DNA of 64,000 nt from Planctomycetota bacterium (GCA_016793245.1 JAEUHW010000351.1:5987-69986), one strand, 5' to 3'. Positions 26,601 through 36,189 are shown, counted from the stretch's first letter. Notes: a model not told the origin generated them from the letters alone. Translations and numbers: made by a program.

Positions 26601-27673
26601 CGCGCGGTGCTCCGGAAGCGCTCGCACGCCGCGAGCAGCGAACCATCGGGCCAGCGCACCGTGTCCTCGACCGGCAACCCGGTTTCGTCCGCCGCGGCGC
26701 GGAGTGCTTCGCGGGCGCTCCGCTCGTCGAGCTGGTGCGTGGCGAGCGAGACGCCGAGCACGCGCGCCGGCTTGATCCAGCCGGCGGCTTCTTCGTAGAT
26801 CGCGCGCAAGCGCGTCAGCGAAGGGATCGCGATGTGCTCGGCGTGGCGCACGGCTCGGCGACCTGCGACGTGGCAGAGCAACAGCGCGTCGGGCGCGCTC
26901 CCGTGGAGCAGCCCCAGCGTCACTCCGCTATAGAACGGATGGATCAAGCTGCCCTGCCCCTCGACCAGGATCGCTTCGGCACCGCTCGCGGCTTCTACGA
27001 CGATCCGCTCCATCGCTCCGGCGACGAAGTCCGAGATCACCCGATCCACTGCTAGACCGCGGCCGTGGTTCAGCAGCACGCCGGTCTGGCCGGTCGCGAC
27101 GAAGGCGTAGCGCAAGCCGCGCTGCTCCGCTTGGCGCGCGATCTCCCAGGTCACGGTCATCTTGCCGACGTTGCAATCGGAGCCGACGGCGGTGATCACC
27201 GGGACCTTCACCGCGGCGCGCGAGCCGTTCGGCGTCGAGAGGTCGTCGGGCACGGCTCGCAAGTCGACGAGCTTGCGACCGCAGCGCCGCGCGGCCTCGA
27301 CGAGTACGGGATCGGCGCTCAGGAAGTCGTGCAGTCCGCCCCACAGATCGAGCCCGGCTTCGAGCGCGCGCAGCAGCATCGGGCGCCACGCCGCGGGTAG
27401 CTTGCCGCCCGGGCCGGCGATGCCGATCAGCAACCGATCGGGACGCAGCGGCAGCGCTTCTTCGATCGAGCCCACGACCGGAACGGCTCCGCCGAAGCCC
27501 ACGACGTCCTGCGCCGTGCGCCCGCGGTTCGTCGAGTCGAGGATGGCCACCACCTCCTCGGGACGATAGCGGAGGAAGCACGACGCGGTCTTCGCGGCGT
27601 GCACGTTGAACGAACCTTCGACGAGGAGGACGGTGCGCGAAGCAGCGCGCACGGGAGCGGCAGTCGACGACAC
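26597..27673 (-). CDS. DUF1611-family protein (DgcN-like putative N-acetyltransferase)
   Basis: Protein-like from VSSTAAPV (GTG at 27673) onward. It has the DUF1611 hallmark VGSDCNVGKMT plus GQGSLIHPFYSGVTLGLLHG. The upstream part of ORF 26597..28153 is Arg-rich junk. Confidence 0.8.
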   Translation of the reverse strand: MSSTAAPVRAASRTVLLVEGSFNVHAAKTASCFLRYRPEEVVAILDSTNRGRTAQDVVGFGGAVPVVGSIEEALPLRPDRLLIGIAGPGGKLPAAWRPMLLRALEAGLDLWGGLHDFLSADPVLVEAARRCGRKLVDLRAVPDDLSTPNGSRAAVKVPVITAVGSDCNVGKMTVTWEIARQAEQRGLRYAFVATGQTGVLLNHGRGLAVDRVISDFVAGAMERIVVEAASGAEAILVEGQGSLIHPFYSGVTLGLLHGSAPDALLLCHVAGRRAVRHAEHIAIPSLTRLRAIYEEAAGWIKPARVLGVSLATHQLDERSAREALRAAADETGLPVEDTVRWPDGSLLAACERFRSTAR

Positions 27674-27759
27674 GAGGAGACCTCTGCGACGGACGGAGCG
27701 GGAGGGCCGAGCGCCGCGCGACAGTATGCGAGGTGGAACCCGGGCGATCGAGGATCGCC

Positions 27760-28638
27760 TCAGCGGGCGGAGCCGAGCGCGCCGCGGAGGAGCTCGCCTT
27801 CGCGCGGCTCCGCGGGCGGCGCGCCGACGCGCTCGAAGCGGAAGGGAATGCTGCGCCAGCCGTGACGCGCATCGGCGAGCGCGACCGCGAAGTGCAGGTG
27901 CGGCTCCCCCATCCAACCGGAGCTCCCCGTGCGCCCGAGCGCCGCGCCGGCGGTCACGCGCTGTCCGAGCTCGACCTCGACACCGTTTCGCGCGAAGTGC
28001 GCGTAGAAGCCCAGCGTGCCATCGGCGTGCAGCAGGCGCACGAAGTTCGCCTCGTCGCGGAGCGCCGGATCGGCGCCACCGCGATCGCTGTCCTCGCGCA
28101 ACTCCACGACGAGCCCGGAGCGCGCCGCGTGAACGGCGGTCCCGAGCGGGCACTGCAGATCGACGGCATAGGCATCGGCGCCGCGATGGCTGGGCTCGCC
28201 GTGGAAGCCCTGCACCACTCGAGCGGGAATCGCGAGCGGCGAGCGGTAGGCGCTCTCGGGATCCGGTGTCGCGTCACGCGCGCCGGCCCACCACTGCTCC
28301 CGCCAGCGATAGCGGTACGGCGCGCTGCCCCGCAGCGGCGCGACGCGGCCGAGCAGCGCCACGCCGCGCGGCGGCACCACCACGCCGAGGCCGTCGCCCT
28401 CCCACTGGGCGCGCGCGTTCTCCGCCTCTTCCAGCTCGATCGAGACGGTGACGGGGAAGTCGAGCGCGCTGCGCGCCAGCAGGAGCTCGCCGCCGGCCGT
28501 GGCGACGACGCGTTCGATCTCGAGCTGCGGGTGGCGCGCGACCTCGCGAGGCGCGAACGGCGCTGCGAGGATGCAAGTCGCGATCGCGCAGGCTAGCTTC
28601 AGCAGCGGCATGAGCGGTTCTCGAAGGGTGCGCGGCAT
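27760..28638 (-). CDS. M23 family metallopeptidase (LytM-like), secreted
   Basis: HxxxD (HRGADAYAVD) and HxH (PHLHFAV) motifs, plus a signal-like MPLLKLACAIATCILAAPFA. Alternative start at 28611. Confidence 0.8.
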   Translation of the reverse strand: MPRTLREPLMPLLKLACAIATCILAAPFAPREVARHPQLEIERVVATAGGELLLARSALDFPVTVSIELEEAENARAQWEGDGLGVVVPPRGVALLGRVAPLRGSAPYRYRWREQWWAGARDATPDPESAYRSPLAIPARVVQGFHGEPSHRGADAYAVDLQCPLGTAVHAARSGLVVELREDSDRGGADPALRDEANFVRLLHADGTLGFYAHFARNGVEVELGQRVTAGAALGRTGSSGWMGEPHLHFAVALADARHGWRSIPFRFERVGAPPAEPREGELLRGALGSAR

Positions 28639-28687
28639 CGTCGCGCACGAGAGCGGCTCGCGACAAGCGCGGACGGTGGACCAAGCG

Positions 28688-29524
28688 ATGAGCGCGCAGC
28701 ACGAGGCCTGGGCAGCGGAGATCCGCGCGGCGATGGCCGATCCGCGCCGATCGGACCAGCCCGCGTGCGTCGCGGTCGTGGACGCGGTGATGAACGCGCT
28801 CGACCGCGGTGAGCTGCGCGCGGCCGAGCCTTCGCCCGAAGGCACCTGGCACGTGGTGCGCTGGGTTCGCGATGCGCTCCTGCTCTACTTCCGGAACGCC
28901 CCGTTCCACACCTACTCGTCGCCGCCCTTCGAATGGCGCGACAAGGTCCCGCTGAAGTCGGATCTCGAGGCCGCGGGCCTGCGCGTGGTGCCCCCGGCAG
29001 CGCTGCGTCGCGGCGCCTTCATCGATCGCTCGGCGGTGCTCTTGCCGTGCTTCGTGAATCTCGGCGCGCGCATCGGCGCGCGCTCGATGATCGACACGTG
29101 GGCGACGATCGGCTCGTGCGCGCAGATCGGCGCCGACGTGCACGTCTCGGGAGGTGTGGGCATCGGCGGCGTTCTCGAGCCGCCGCAGGAGCGGCCGGTC
29201 GTCATCGAGGACGGGGCCTTCATCGGCTCGCGCAGCGTGATCGTCGAAGGCGTGCACATCGAGCGCGAAGCAGTGCTCGGCGCGAACGTCGTGCTCACCG
29301 CTTCCACGGCGATCCTCGACGTCACGGGTCCGAGCGAGAAGCTCATGCGCGGCCGCGTGCCCGCTCGCGCCGTGGTGATCCCGGGAACCCGCGCGCGCGC
29401 GTTTCCCGCCGGCGAGTATCAGATCCCCTGCGCGCTCATCGTCGGGTGGCGCAATGCGGGCACCGATCGCAAGACCGCGCTCGAGCTCGCCCTGCGCGAG
29501 CTGCCCTCCGACCTGCGCTCGTAG
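28688..29524 (+). CDS. dapD: 2,3,4,5-tetrahydropyridine-2,6-dicarboxylate N-succinyltransferase
   Basis: 278 aa from MSAQHEAW with left-handed beta-helix hexapeptide repeats (IGARSMIDTWATIGSCAQIGADVHVSGGVGIGGVLEP...IEDGAFIGSRS). An alternative upstream ATG lies at 28610. Confidence 0.88.
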   Translation: MSAQHEAWAAEIRAAMADPRRSDQPACVAVVDAVMNALDRGELRAAEPSPEGTWHVVRWVRDALLLYFRNAPFHTYSSPPFEWRDKVPLKSDLEAAGLRVVPPAALRRGAFIDRSAVLLPCFVNLGARIGARSMIDTWATIGSCAQIGADVHVSGGVGIGGVLEPPQERPVVIEDGAFIGSRSVIVEGVHIEREAVLGANVVLTASTAILDVTGPSEKLMRGRVPARAVVIPGTRARAFPAGEYQIPCALIVGWRNAGTDRKTALELALRELPSDLRS

Positions 29525-30972
29525 CGGCGCCCGAGGAAGTCGTCGGCGCTCCCGCGGTTCGCGATGCCGTGGAGACGCCCGCTGCGCAGGCGAGCATCGA
29601 TCGAGGGACCGAGCGAGGTGCACAGCGCCGCGATGGCGCAAAGCGCGGCGGCCGCCCAGCGAGGCCAGCGCGCGCCGACGAACAGCGCTTCCGCCGCGCG
29701 CCGTCGCTGCGCGAGCCGCTGCAGCCGCAGCAAGCCGAACAGGCCGAGCGCGCCGCCGCCGAGCCACTCGACAGCGAGCCCCACGTGGAGCCATGGCGTG
29801 CTCGCTTCGCTCGCGAGCTCGAAGATCGCGCTGCGCGCCTGCGCACCCAGCAAGGTCGGCAGCGGCAGCGCGAGCGCGAGCGCGCATCCGCCGAGCCACC
29901 ACGGCGCGGCGGAGAGGGGCTCTCTGCGCTCGACCGCCAAGGCCGCGTGCACGAGCGCGCCTTGCACCGCGAGCAGGCAGCCGGCGACGGCCGCGCCGCG
30001 CAAGCCCGCCCCGCTCGTCGAGAGCAAGGCGAGTGGCGCCAGAGCGGCCCCGGCGCAGAGCGTGCCTCGCCCCCAGCTCGCCAGATCGCGCGCGCGCCAC
30101 TGGAGCCAATGCGCGCGCATCGCGAAGAGGAAGCCGGCGAGGCCGCAGACGGGTCCGACCCAGGCCGCGTTCTCCGCGAGCGCGAAGCTCGCTTCGCTCG
30201 CGCGTTCGAAGAGCAGCGCACCGCTGATCCGTAGAGCCACGGCGATCCAGGCGAGGCGCAGCCCGATGTCGCGCCAGAAGCGAGGGGCTCCCGGCGCGCC
30301 GCGCCGCAGATGCGCGGCCGACCCGACGCGCGCTTCCTGGGCGAACCACGCGACCAACCAGACACAGATCGTCCCAGTCGCGACCTTCGACTGGCCGCGC
30401 AGATCCGGTTCCGGCTCGAGCGATCCGCCCTGCCCTAGCCAAGCGACCAGCGCCAGCAAGAGCGCGAGCAGCGCACCGGCGACGGCGATCTCGAGGCGCC
30501 GCCGGCTCCCAGGCGTCGAGCTGACGACGTGCGCGACGAAGAGCGCCAGAACCGCGAGGGTGACTTGCGCGGCGGCGACGGCGACGCTCGCCGCCAGCGC
30601 CGAAGCGAGCAAGCGCTCGATCTCTCGTCCGCGTCCCCCGCTGCTCAGCGCCGCAAGACAGAGCGCCGCGCCGAGCACGCTCGCGATCCAGGCCTTGCCG
30701 AGCGCGGCGGTGGCATCGGCGAACCAGCAGAGGGCGATCACGCGCTCTCCACCGCCGGCTCGCTGGTGCAGGTCGAGCTGCTGCATTTCCAGCAAGAGGA
30801 AGGCGCTCGCGCCGAACCACGCCGCGCCCGCGACGAGCACGGTGGGCAACACCCCGCTCCGGCGACAACAAGCGAGCGCCACCGCGAGCCCGAGCGCGAG
30901 CGCGAGCTCGAAACGCAAACGCACGATGTCGACGGCGGCGAACTCCGCGGTGCCGAGGAGCGCGTGCAACAC
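29419..30972 (-). CDS. polytopic integral membrane protein, unknown function (517 aa)
   Basis: At least 10 hydrophobic segments rich in Ala/Leu/Gly/Trp. The last 35 or so codons are Arg/Ser-rich because the frame reads antisense through the dapD 3' end (106-nt convergent overlap). Confidence 0.7.
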   Translation of the reverse strand: MLHALLGTAEFAAVDIVRLRFELALALGLAVALACCRRSGVLPTVLVAGAAWFGASAFLLLEMQQLDLHQRAGGGERVIALCWFADATAALGKAWIASVLGAALCLAALSSGGRGREIERLLASALAASVAVAAAQVTLAVLALFVAHVVSSTPGSRRRLEIAVAGALLALLLALVAWLGQGGSLEPEPDLRGQSKVATGTICVWLVAWFAQEARVGSAAHLRRGAPGAPRFWRDIGLRLAWIAVALRISGALLFERASEASFALAENAAWVGPVCGLAGFLFAMRAHWLQWRARDLASWGRGTLCAGAALAPLALLSTSGAGLRGAAVAGCLLAVQGALVHAALAVERREPLSAAPWWLGGCALALALPLPTLLGAQARSAIFELASEASTPWLHVGLAVEWLGGGALGLFGLLRLQRLAQRRRAAEALFVGARWPRWAAAALCAIAALCTSLGPSIDARLRSGRLHGIANRGSADDFLGRRYERRSEGSSRRASSSAVLRSVPALRHPTMSAQGI

Positions 30973-30973
30973 C

Positions 30974-31360
30974 TCAGCGCTCGAAGTGGAACGCGCGCGG
31001 CAGCAGCGCCGAGAGCTCGGCTTCTTCTTCCGCCCCGCCGGCGCAACCGAGGCTGATCGGCAGCTCGCGAGCGAACTCGCTCAGGAACTGGCGACATGCG
31101 CCACAAGGAGTGAACGGCCGCGGCGTCGAGGACCACACCGCGGCCGCGACGAAGGTCGAGACGCCCTCCGAGATCGCCTTGGTGGCGGCCACGCGCTCCG
31201 CGCAGATCGTGAGCCCATAGCTCGCGTTCTCCACGTTGCAGCCGGTGAAGACGCGCCCGTCCGGGGCGCGCAGCGCCGCACCGACGCAGACCCTCGAGTA
31301 CGGGGAGTGTGCGCGCGCCGCCGCGCGTTCGGCCAAGGTCAGCAACTCGCGATCGATCAT
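30974..31360 (-). CDS. cdd: cytidine deaminase
   Basis: 128 aa with the zinc motifs CAER and PCGACRQ. Confidence 0.9.
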   Translation of the reverse strand: MIDRELLTLAERAAARAHSPYSRVCVGAALRAPDGRVFTGCNVENASYGLTICAERVAATKAISEGVSTFVAAAVWSSTPRPFTPCGACRQFLSEFARELPISLGCAGGAEEEAELSALLPRAFHFER

Positions 31361-31425
31361 CGTCCGGCTCCGTTCGCGTCGGCGCAGAGGCTACTCCGTC
31401 GCGGCCGCACCGCGGAGCGCGCGCC

Positions 31426-31857
31426 CTAGAAGGGCGCGTCGGCGGGATCCGGCGCCGTGCGGGCATCGTGACGTTCGTAGCCCGCGAACGCGACCTTGGG
31501 CACGAGGCGGCGCTCCTGCGTCGCGGGGTCCAGGTACTCCTCGTGCTTGACGGTGACCCACGCGCGCGCGCCCTCGAGCTCGCGCGGCTCCACGCGCAAC
31601 GCCCCGTCGACAGAGAAGCCCAGGCGGCCGAGGACGAACTTCACACGAGGGAGACCGCGCTCGTTGAAGTTGAGCCCGTCCCACGCCGCCAACCTCCCCG
31701 CCAGGGGGCCCGCGGCGACGTGCCAACGCAGCGCCCAGCGCTGGCTCCCGTCCGGACGTTCGGAGACGCGCACCTCGGCCACCTCGCAGAGATGCCGACC
31801 GGCCGGTACGGAGGTGAATTGCTCGAGGTCGCCCACCGAAGAGAAATCGCATTCCAT
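31426..31857 (-). CDS. DUF669-like protein (family typical of phage replication/recombination modules)
   Basis: Sub-[32 protein letters not shown]...[27 protein letters not shown]...YE. Length (143 aa) and motif spacing (F..VPAG, GR..x..LN, L.G...V.V) resemble DUF669 as I recall it. Not verified by search. Confidence 0.6.
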   Translation of the reverse strand: MECDFSSVGDLEQFTSVPAGRHLCEVAEVRVSERPDGSQRWALRWHVAAGPLAGRLAAWDGLNFNERGLPRVKFVLGRLGFSVDGALRVEPRELEGARAWVTVKHEEYLDPATQERRLVPKVAFAGYERHDARTAPDPADAPF

Positions 31858-32207
31858 GGCTGTGCTCCACTGCTGGGTACATGCGGCCGGAGAGGCGGCC
31901 GCCGCGCGGCAGGACGAGGCCAGAGTCTCGGGGTCACGGCGCCGTGGAGATTCCGTGGAGCGGCGCTGCCAAGATGACAGAGGCGCGGGCGCCCTCGCAT
32001 GCGGAGGTGCCAAGTTGACAGGGTTCGCGCGCGCTCCGCGGCGCGCCGCCCCGCCGCCGAGCGCGCCGAGGCGGGCGGGACGCCGAGTCGCTCGCGAGCT
32101 TCGGCCCGTTCACCGGATCCCGGCATGGCTCTTGCTAAGCGCGAGGGATCGCCGTGCCCGACGCTGGGTGCGATCCCTTCTCCGGAGCTGCGCTCCCCGG
32201 TGCCGCG

Positions 32208-32642
32208 ATGGTGCGAGCCCCTCGCTTGCTGATCCTCGACGACGACGATGCGCTGCGCGACAGCCTCGTCGAGGTCTTCGATCGCGAGGGCTACTGCATC
32301 TTCGCCGCGGACTGCGCTCGTTCGGCGCTGGAGATCGTGCGCTTCCGCAGCATCGATTGCGGCGTGCTCGATCTGCATCTGCCCGATGCGGACGGCCTCG
32401 GCGTGCTGCGCGAAGCGGTGCGCCTCCGGCCGGGGTTGCGAGCCATCCTCACCTCCGCGGCCGGGACACCGGCCGTGCGCGGTGCGGCGATCGAAGCCGG
32501 AGCCTACTTCTTCTTGGACAAGCCCTTCCCGCCTCAGCCCCTCGTCGGCCTCGTCGCTCGCGCGCTGCGCGGCGACTCGCGCCCCGAGCTGCCCGCCCGC
32601 GGGCAGACCGGACGCGGTCAGACCGATCGCGGGCCGGCCTAG
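32208..32642 (+). CDS. stand-alone CheY-like response regulator receiver protein
   Basis: [14 protein letters not shown]...[11 protein letters not shown] (phospho-acceptor Asp)...ILTSA...FLDKPF. No output domain. The C-terminal tail is low-complexity. Confidence 0.8.
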   Translation: MVRAPRLLILDDDDALRDSLVEVFDREGYCIFAADCARSALEIVRFRSIDCGVLDLHLPDADGLGVLREAVRLRPGLRAILTSAAGTPAVRGAAIEAGAYFFLDKPFPPQPLVGLVARALRGDSRPELPARGQTGRGQTDRGPA

Positions 32643-32701
32643 GGCCGCGGACCTACGAAGCGCAGGGACCAGCAGACCCGCAGGCACGACACCCGCCAGC
32701 A

Positions 32702-32741
32702 CGCGCCCACCAGAACGCGCCACCAGAACGCGCCATCAGAA
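32702..32741. repeat. 13-14 nt direct repeat x3 in the groES upstream region
   Basis: CGCGCCCACCAGAA / CGCGCCACCAGAA / CGCGCCATCAGAA, contiguous. It lies 60 nt after the response-regulator stop and 140 nt before the groES ATG. Confidence 0.6.
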
Positions 32742-32881
32742 CGACAGCAACGGGGCACGCAGCGCCCCGATCCAACGCATTCGGAAGCACCGCATCGCCA
32801 CTCCGCGAACGCGGCGCTTCGACTCTCTCTCACCAAACGCAACCCTCGACCGACGCCATCCAAGGCAGGAGACCCATCGCC

Positions 32882-33193
32882 ATGGCCAAGACCCAGACCA
32901 AGGTCGGCATCAAGCCCCTCGGTGACCGCGTGCTGATCCAGCGCCTCGAAGCCGAAGAGAAGACGAGCGGCGGCATCGTGCTGCCCGACTCGGCGAAGGA
33001 AAAGCCGAAGGAAGGCATCGTCCTCGCTCTCGGCCCGGGCAAGCTCCTCGAAGACGGCAAGCGCAGCACCTTCTCCGTCGCGACGGGGAATCGCGTGATC
33101 TTCTCCTCCTACGCCGGCACGGAAGTGAAGTGGCAGGGCGAGGAGTATCTCCTCATGTCCGAAGAGGACATCCTCGCGGTCGTCGAGAGCTGA
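32882..33193 (+). CDS. groES: co-chaperonin GroES
   Basis: [45 protein letters not shown], 103 aa, with GGAGA SD upstream. Confidence 0.95.
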   Translation: MAKTQTKVGIKPLGDRVLIQRLEAEEKTSGGIVLPDSAKEKPKEGIVLALGPGKLLEDGKRSTFSVATGNRVIFSSYAGTEVKWQGEEYLLMSEEDILAVVES

Positions 33194-33364
33194 GCTTTCG
33201 TCCCGCTCGCGCGAGCTCGCTCTCGCGCGACCCATGACGCGAGGTCGGAGCGCCGGATTCTTCCGCGGCCGCTTCCCGACCTCGCGATTCCCCGCACGCT
33301 TCGCGCCGCGGCCCTTGCCGCCGAGCGCCCCCCCGCATCGCATCCCCTGAGGAGACGCAGAGCC

Positions 33365-35026
33365 ATGACGGCCAAGAAGATCGCCTACGACCAGGAAGCA
33401 CGCGAGCACATCCGGCTCGGCGTGCGCAAGCTGGCGCAGGCCGTGAAGGTCACCCTCGGCCCCCGCGGCCGCAACGTCATCATCGAGAAGTCCTTCGGCT
33501 CGCCCACGGTCACCAAGGACGGTGTCACCGTCGCGAAGGAGATCGAGCTCGAGAACTCGTACGAGAACATGGGCGCGCAGATGGTGAAGGAGGTCTCCTC
33601 GAAGACCTCCGACGTCGCCGGTGACGGCACCACCACTGCGACCGTGCTCGCCGAGGCCATCTTCGAAGAGGGCCTGAAGAACATCACCGCCGGCGCGAAC
33701 CCGGTGGCCCTGAAGCGCGGCATCGAGAAGGCCGTCGCGGCCGTCGTCGCCAAGCTGAAGACGATGAGCAAGGAGGTCGAGAGCCGCGACGAGATCGCGC
33801 AGGTCGGGGCGATCGCCTCGAACAACGACCCCGAGATCGGCGAGATCTTCGCGAAGGCGATGGACAAGGTCGGCAAGGACGGCGTCATCACCATCGAGGA
33901 AGGCAAGGCGCTCGAGACCGAGGTCGAGTGGGTCGAGGGGATGCAGTTCGACAAGGGCTACCTCTCGCCGCACTTCGTGACCAACGTGCAGGAGATGGAG
34001 TGCGTCCTCGACGACCCCTTCATCCTGATCCACGAGAAGAAGATCTCGAGCGTGAAGGACCTGGTTCCGCTGCTCGAGAAGGTCGCTCAGGCCGGGAAGC
34101 CCCTGCTGATCATCGCCGAGGAAGTCGAGGGCGAAGCGCTCGCGACCTTCGTGGTGAACAAGCTGCGCGGCATCTTCTCGTCCTGCGCGGTGAAGGCCCC
34201 CGGCTTTGGTGATCGCCGCAAGGCCATGCTGGGCGACATCGAAGTCATGACCGGCGGCAACGCCGTGTTCGAAGACCTCGGCCGCGATCTCGCGTCGCTC
34301 GAGCTCTCCGACCTCGGTCGCGCGAAGAAGGTCGTCGTCACGAAGGACAACACGACCATCATCGAAGGCGCCGGCACGACGACCGCGATCCAGGGCCGCA
34401 TCGCCCAGATCAAGGCCGAGATCGATCGCACGACGAGCGACTACGACAAGGAGAAGCTCACCGAGCGTCTCGCGAAGCTCGCCGGCGGCGTCGCCCAGAT
34501 CAACGTGGGCGCCGCGACCGAAGCCGAGATGAAGGAGAAGAAGATGCGCGTCGAGGACGCGCTCTACGCGACGCGCGCCGCGGTCCAGGAAGGCATCCTT
34601 CCCGGCGGCGGTGTGGCGCTCCTGAAGGCGCGCGAAGTGATCAACACCCTCGGCTTGAACGAGGACGAGAAGATCGGCGCGCAGATCGTCTTCCGCGCGC
34701 TCGAGGCTCCGCTGCGCCAGATCGCGGAGAACGCGGGCGTCGACGGCGCGATCGTCGTGGATCGCGTGCGCAACAACGCCGCGCAGAGCTTCGGCTACAA
34801 CGCCGCGACCGGCGTGTACGAAGACCTGGTCAAGTCCGGCGTCATCGACCCGACGAAGGTCGTGCGCACGGCGCTCCAGAACGCGGCCTCGGTCTCCTCG
34901 CTGCTCCTCACCACCGATGCGCTGGTGAGCGAGATCCCCGAGGAGAAGCCGGCCGGCGCTGGTGGCCATCACGGCCACGGCCATGGCGGCGGGATGGGCG
35001 GCATGGGCGGGATGGGCGGCTTCTGA
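33365..35026 (+). CDS. groEL: chaperonin GroEL
   Basis: 553 aa: [38 protein letters not shown]...[12 protein letters not shown]. The C-terminal tail is [23 protein letters not shown]. Confidence 0.97.
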   Translation: MTAKKIAYDQEAREHIRLGVRKLAQAVKVTLGPRGRNVIIEKSFGSPTVTKDGVTVAKEIELENSYENMGAQMVKEVSSKTSDVAGDGTTTATVLAEAIFEEGLKNITAGANPVALKRGIEKAVAAVVAKLKTMSKEVESRDEIAQVGAIASNNDPEIGEIFAKAMDKVGKDGVITIEEGKALETEVEWVEGMQFDKGYLSPHFVTNVQEMECVLDDPFILIHEKKISSVKDLVPLLEKVAQAGKPLLIIAEEVEGEALATFVVNKLRGIFSSCAVKAPGFGDRRKAMLGDIEVMTGGNAVFEDLGRDLASLELSDLGRAKKVVVTKDNTTIIEGAGTTTAIQGRIAQIKAEIDRTTSDYDKEKLTERLAKLAGGVAQINVGAATEAEMKEKKMRVEDALYATRAAVQEGILPGGGVALLKAREVINTLGLNEDEKIGAQIVFRALEAPLRQIAENAGVDGAIVVDRVRNNAAQSFGYNAATGVYEDLVKSGVIDPTKVVRTALQNAASVSSLLLTTDALVSEIPEEKPAGAGGHHGHGHGGGMGGMGGMGGF

Positions 35027-35054
35027 GCTTCTCCCGCAGCTGCGGCCTCTGAAT

Positions 35055-35096
35055 GCAGCGGGCCCCGCACGGCGCAAGCCGTGCGGGGCCCGCTGC
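35055..35096. terminator. strong hairpin terminator between convergent groEL and the DUF1570 gene
   Basis: GCAGCGGGCCCCGCACGGC-GCAA-GCCGTGCGGGGCCCGCTGC forms a perfect 19-bp stem with a GNRA-type loop, followed by GTTTCC. Confidence 0.7.
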
Positions 35097-35109
35097 GTTT
35101 CCAGCGCCC

Positions 35110-36189
35110 TCAGCGCGCCTCGCCCTTCACCGGCGGCTTCTCGGCGGGCGGCTTATCGATCGGCGGCTTGGGCGGATCGACCTTGGCCGGCTTCTCCCAT
35201 GGGAGACGCTGCACGAGCACCCAAGCGATCCAGTCTTCCTCGAGCTTGGCGAGATCGATGCCGCGGAACGCGCGCTTCGTCACGTCGTCGACGTTGCCGT
35301 CCTTCTCGATCAACTTGATGAAGTCCGGGATGATCTTCCGGTACTCCGGGTTCTCGCTGTGGAGGAGGAACTGGCAGAGAGCCCAGCCCTCGGCGTAGCA
35401 GACGCCGGGGTTCGCGTAGTACTCGCGCTGGGAGTAGCCGAGGATCTTCTCGATCGGCACGTGCTTCTTGCGCTTCACGGCCGAGCGGATCACCGGCAGG
35501 CGCATCTCGTTCATGCGCCCGAGCTCGGCAGGGATCTTCTTGCCCGACTGCTCGAGCGGCTTCGCCGCATAGAAGTAGTCGCCCATCCCCTCGTTGATCC
35601 AAGAGGGCAGCTCGATCCACGAGGTCACGTACCAGTGGAAGAACTGGTGCCAGCCTTCGTGCGCCGCGGCGCCGAGGATGTCCATCGTCGAGCGCGCCTG
35701 CATCTGGCGCACCATGCTCTCCAAGTCCTCCCCTTCGCCGGCGGAGGTCTCGGTCAGCGGCTCGTCCATCCACTTGCCCGTGTCGTAGCAGACCATCTCG
35801 CGGTCCACCGGGCTGTAGTAGGCGCCAGCGCCAGGCGGCGCGCCATACGCGAGGAACTCGCGGTGATCGCCGAAGAGCTTCACCGCGAAGCGCTTGAACG
35901 CGCGCCCGCGCGGGAAGAGCCGCTTGTAGACCGTGAGCATGGTCTCCATGTGCTCGGCGAGGCGTTCGGCCTTCTCGGCGCCGGCGTGCGACTGGATCTG
36001 ATAGTGCTTGCTGGTGTGCACCACCCAGCTCGGCGGCGCGTCCTTCGGGTCCCACGGACCGCGCTTCAAGTCCTTCATGCCCTGGGCCGCGGCGTTGGGT
36101 GCAGCACAAGCGAGGAGCGCGGCCACCGACAGGGCATGGACGAGCGGACGTAGAGCGCCACACGGGCGCGAGGCGGAGCGAGAGTTCAT
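35110..36189 (-). CDS. secreted DUF1570-like putative zinc metallopeptidase (HExxH)
   Basis: Signal peptide (ALSVAALLACAAPNAAAQG), an HExxH motif (AAHEGWHQFFHW), and a Lys/Pro-rich C-terminal tail. Confidence 0.8.
   Translation of the reverse strand: MNSRSASRPCGALRPLVHALSVAALLACAAPNAAAQGMKDLKRGPWDPKDAPPSWVVHTSKHYQIQSHAGAEKAERLAEHMETMLTVYKRLFPRGRAFKRFAVKLFGDHREFLAYGAPPGAGAYYSPVDREMVCYDTGKWMDEPLTETSAGEGEDLESMVRQMQARSTMDILGAAAHEGWHQFFHWYVTSWIELPSWINEGMGDYFYAAKPLEQSGKKIPAELGRMNEMRLPVIRSAVKRKKHVPIEKILGYSQREYYANPGVCYAEGWALCQFLLHSENPEYRKIIPDFIKLIEKDGNVDDVTKRAFRGIDLAKLEEDWIAWVLVQRLPWEKPAKVDPPKPPIDKPPAEKPPVKGEAR

Noticed and set aside
28274-30871. 865-aa minus-strand ORF and the 29564..31429 + strand 621-aa ORF
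   Set aside because: Both are Arg/Ala-rich shadows overlapping dapD, the polytopic membrane protein and cdd, each of which has better coding features.
32643-32881. Search for a CIRCE (HrcA) operator or a sigma-32 promoter upstream of groES
   Set aside because: No TTAGCACTC-N9-GAGTGCTAA-like inverted repeat and no convincing CTTGAA-N13-15-CCCCAT pattern were found by eye. I make no regulatory call beyond the 13-nt direct repeat.
32639-35077. 812-aa minus-strand ORF antisense to groES-groEL
   Set aside because: It is antisense to two of the most confidently identified genes in the window, and its composition is Asp/Arg/Leu/Gly junk.
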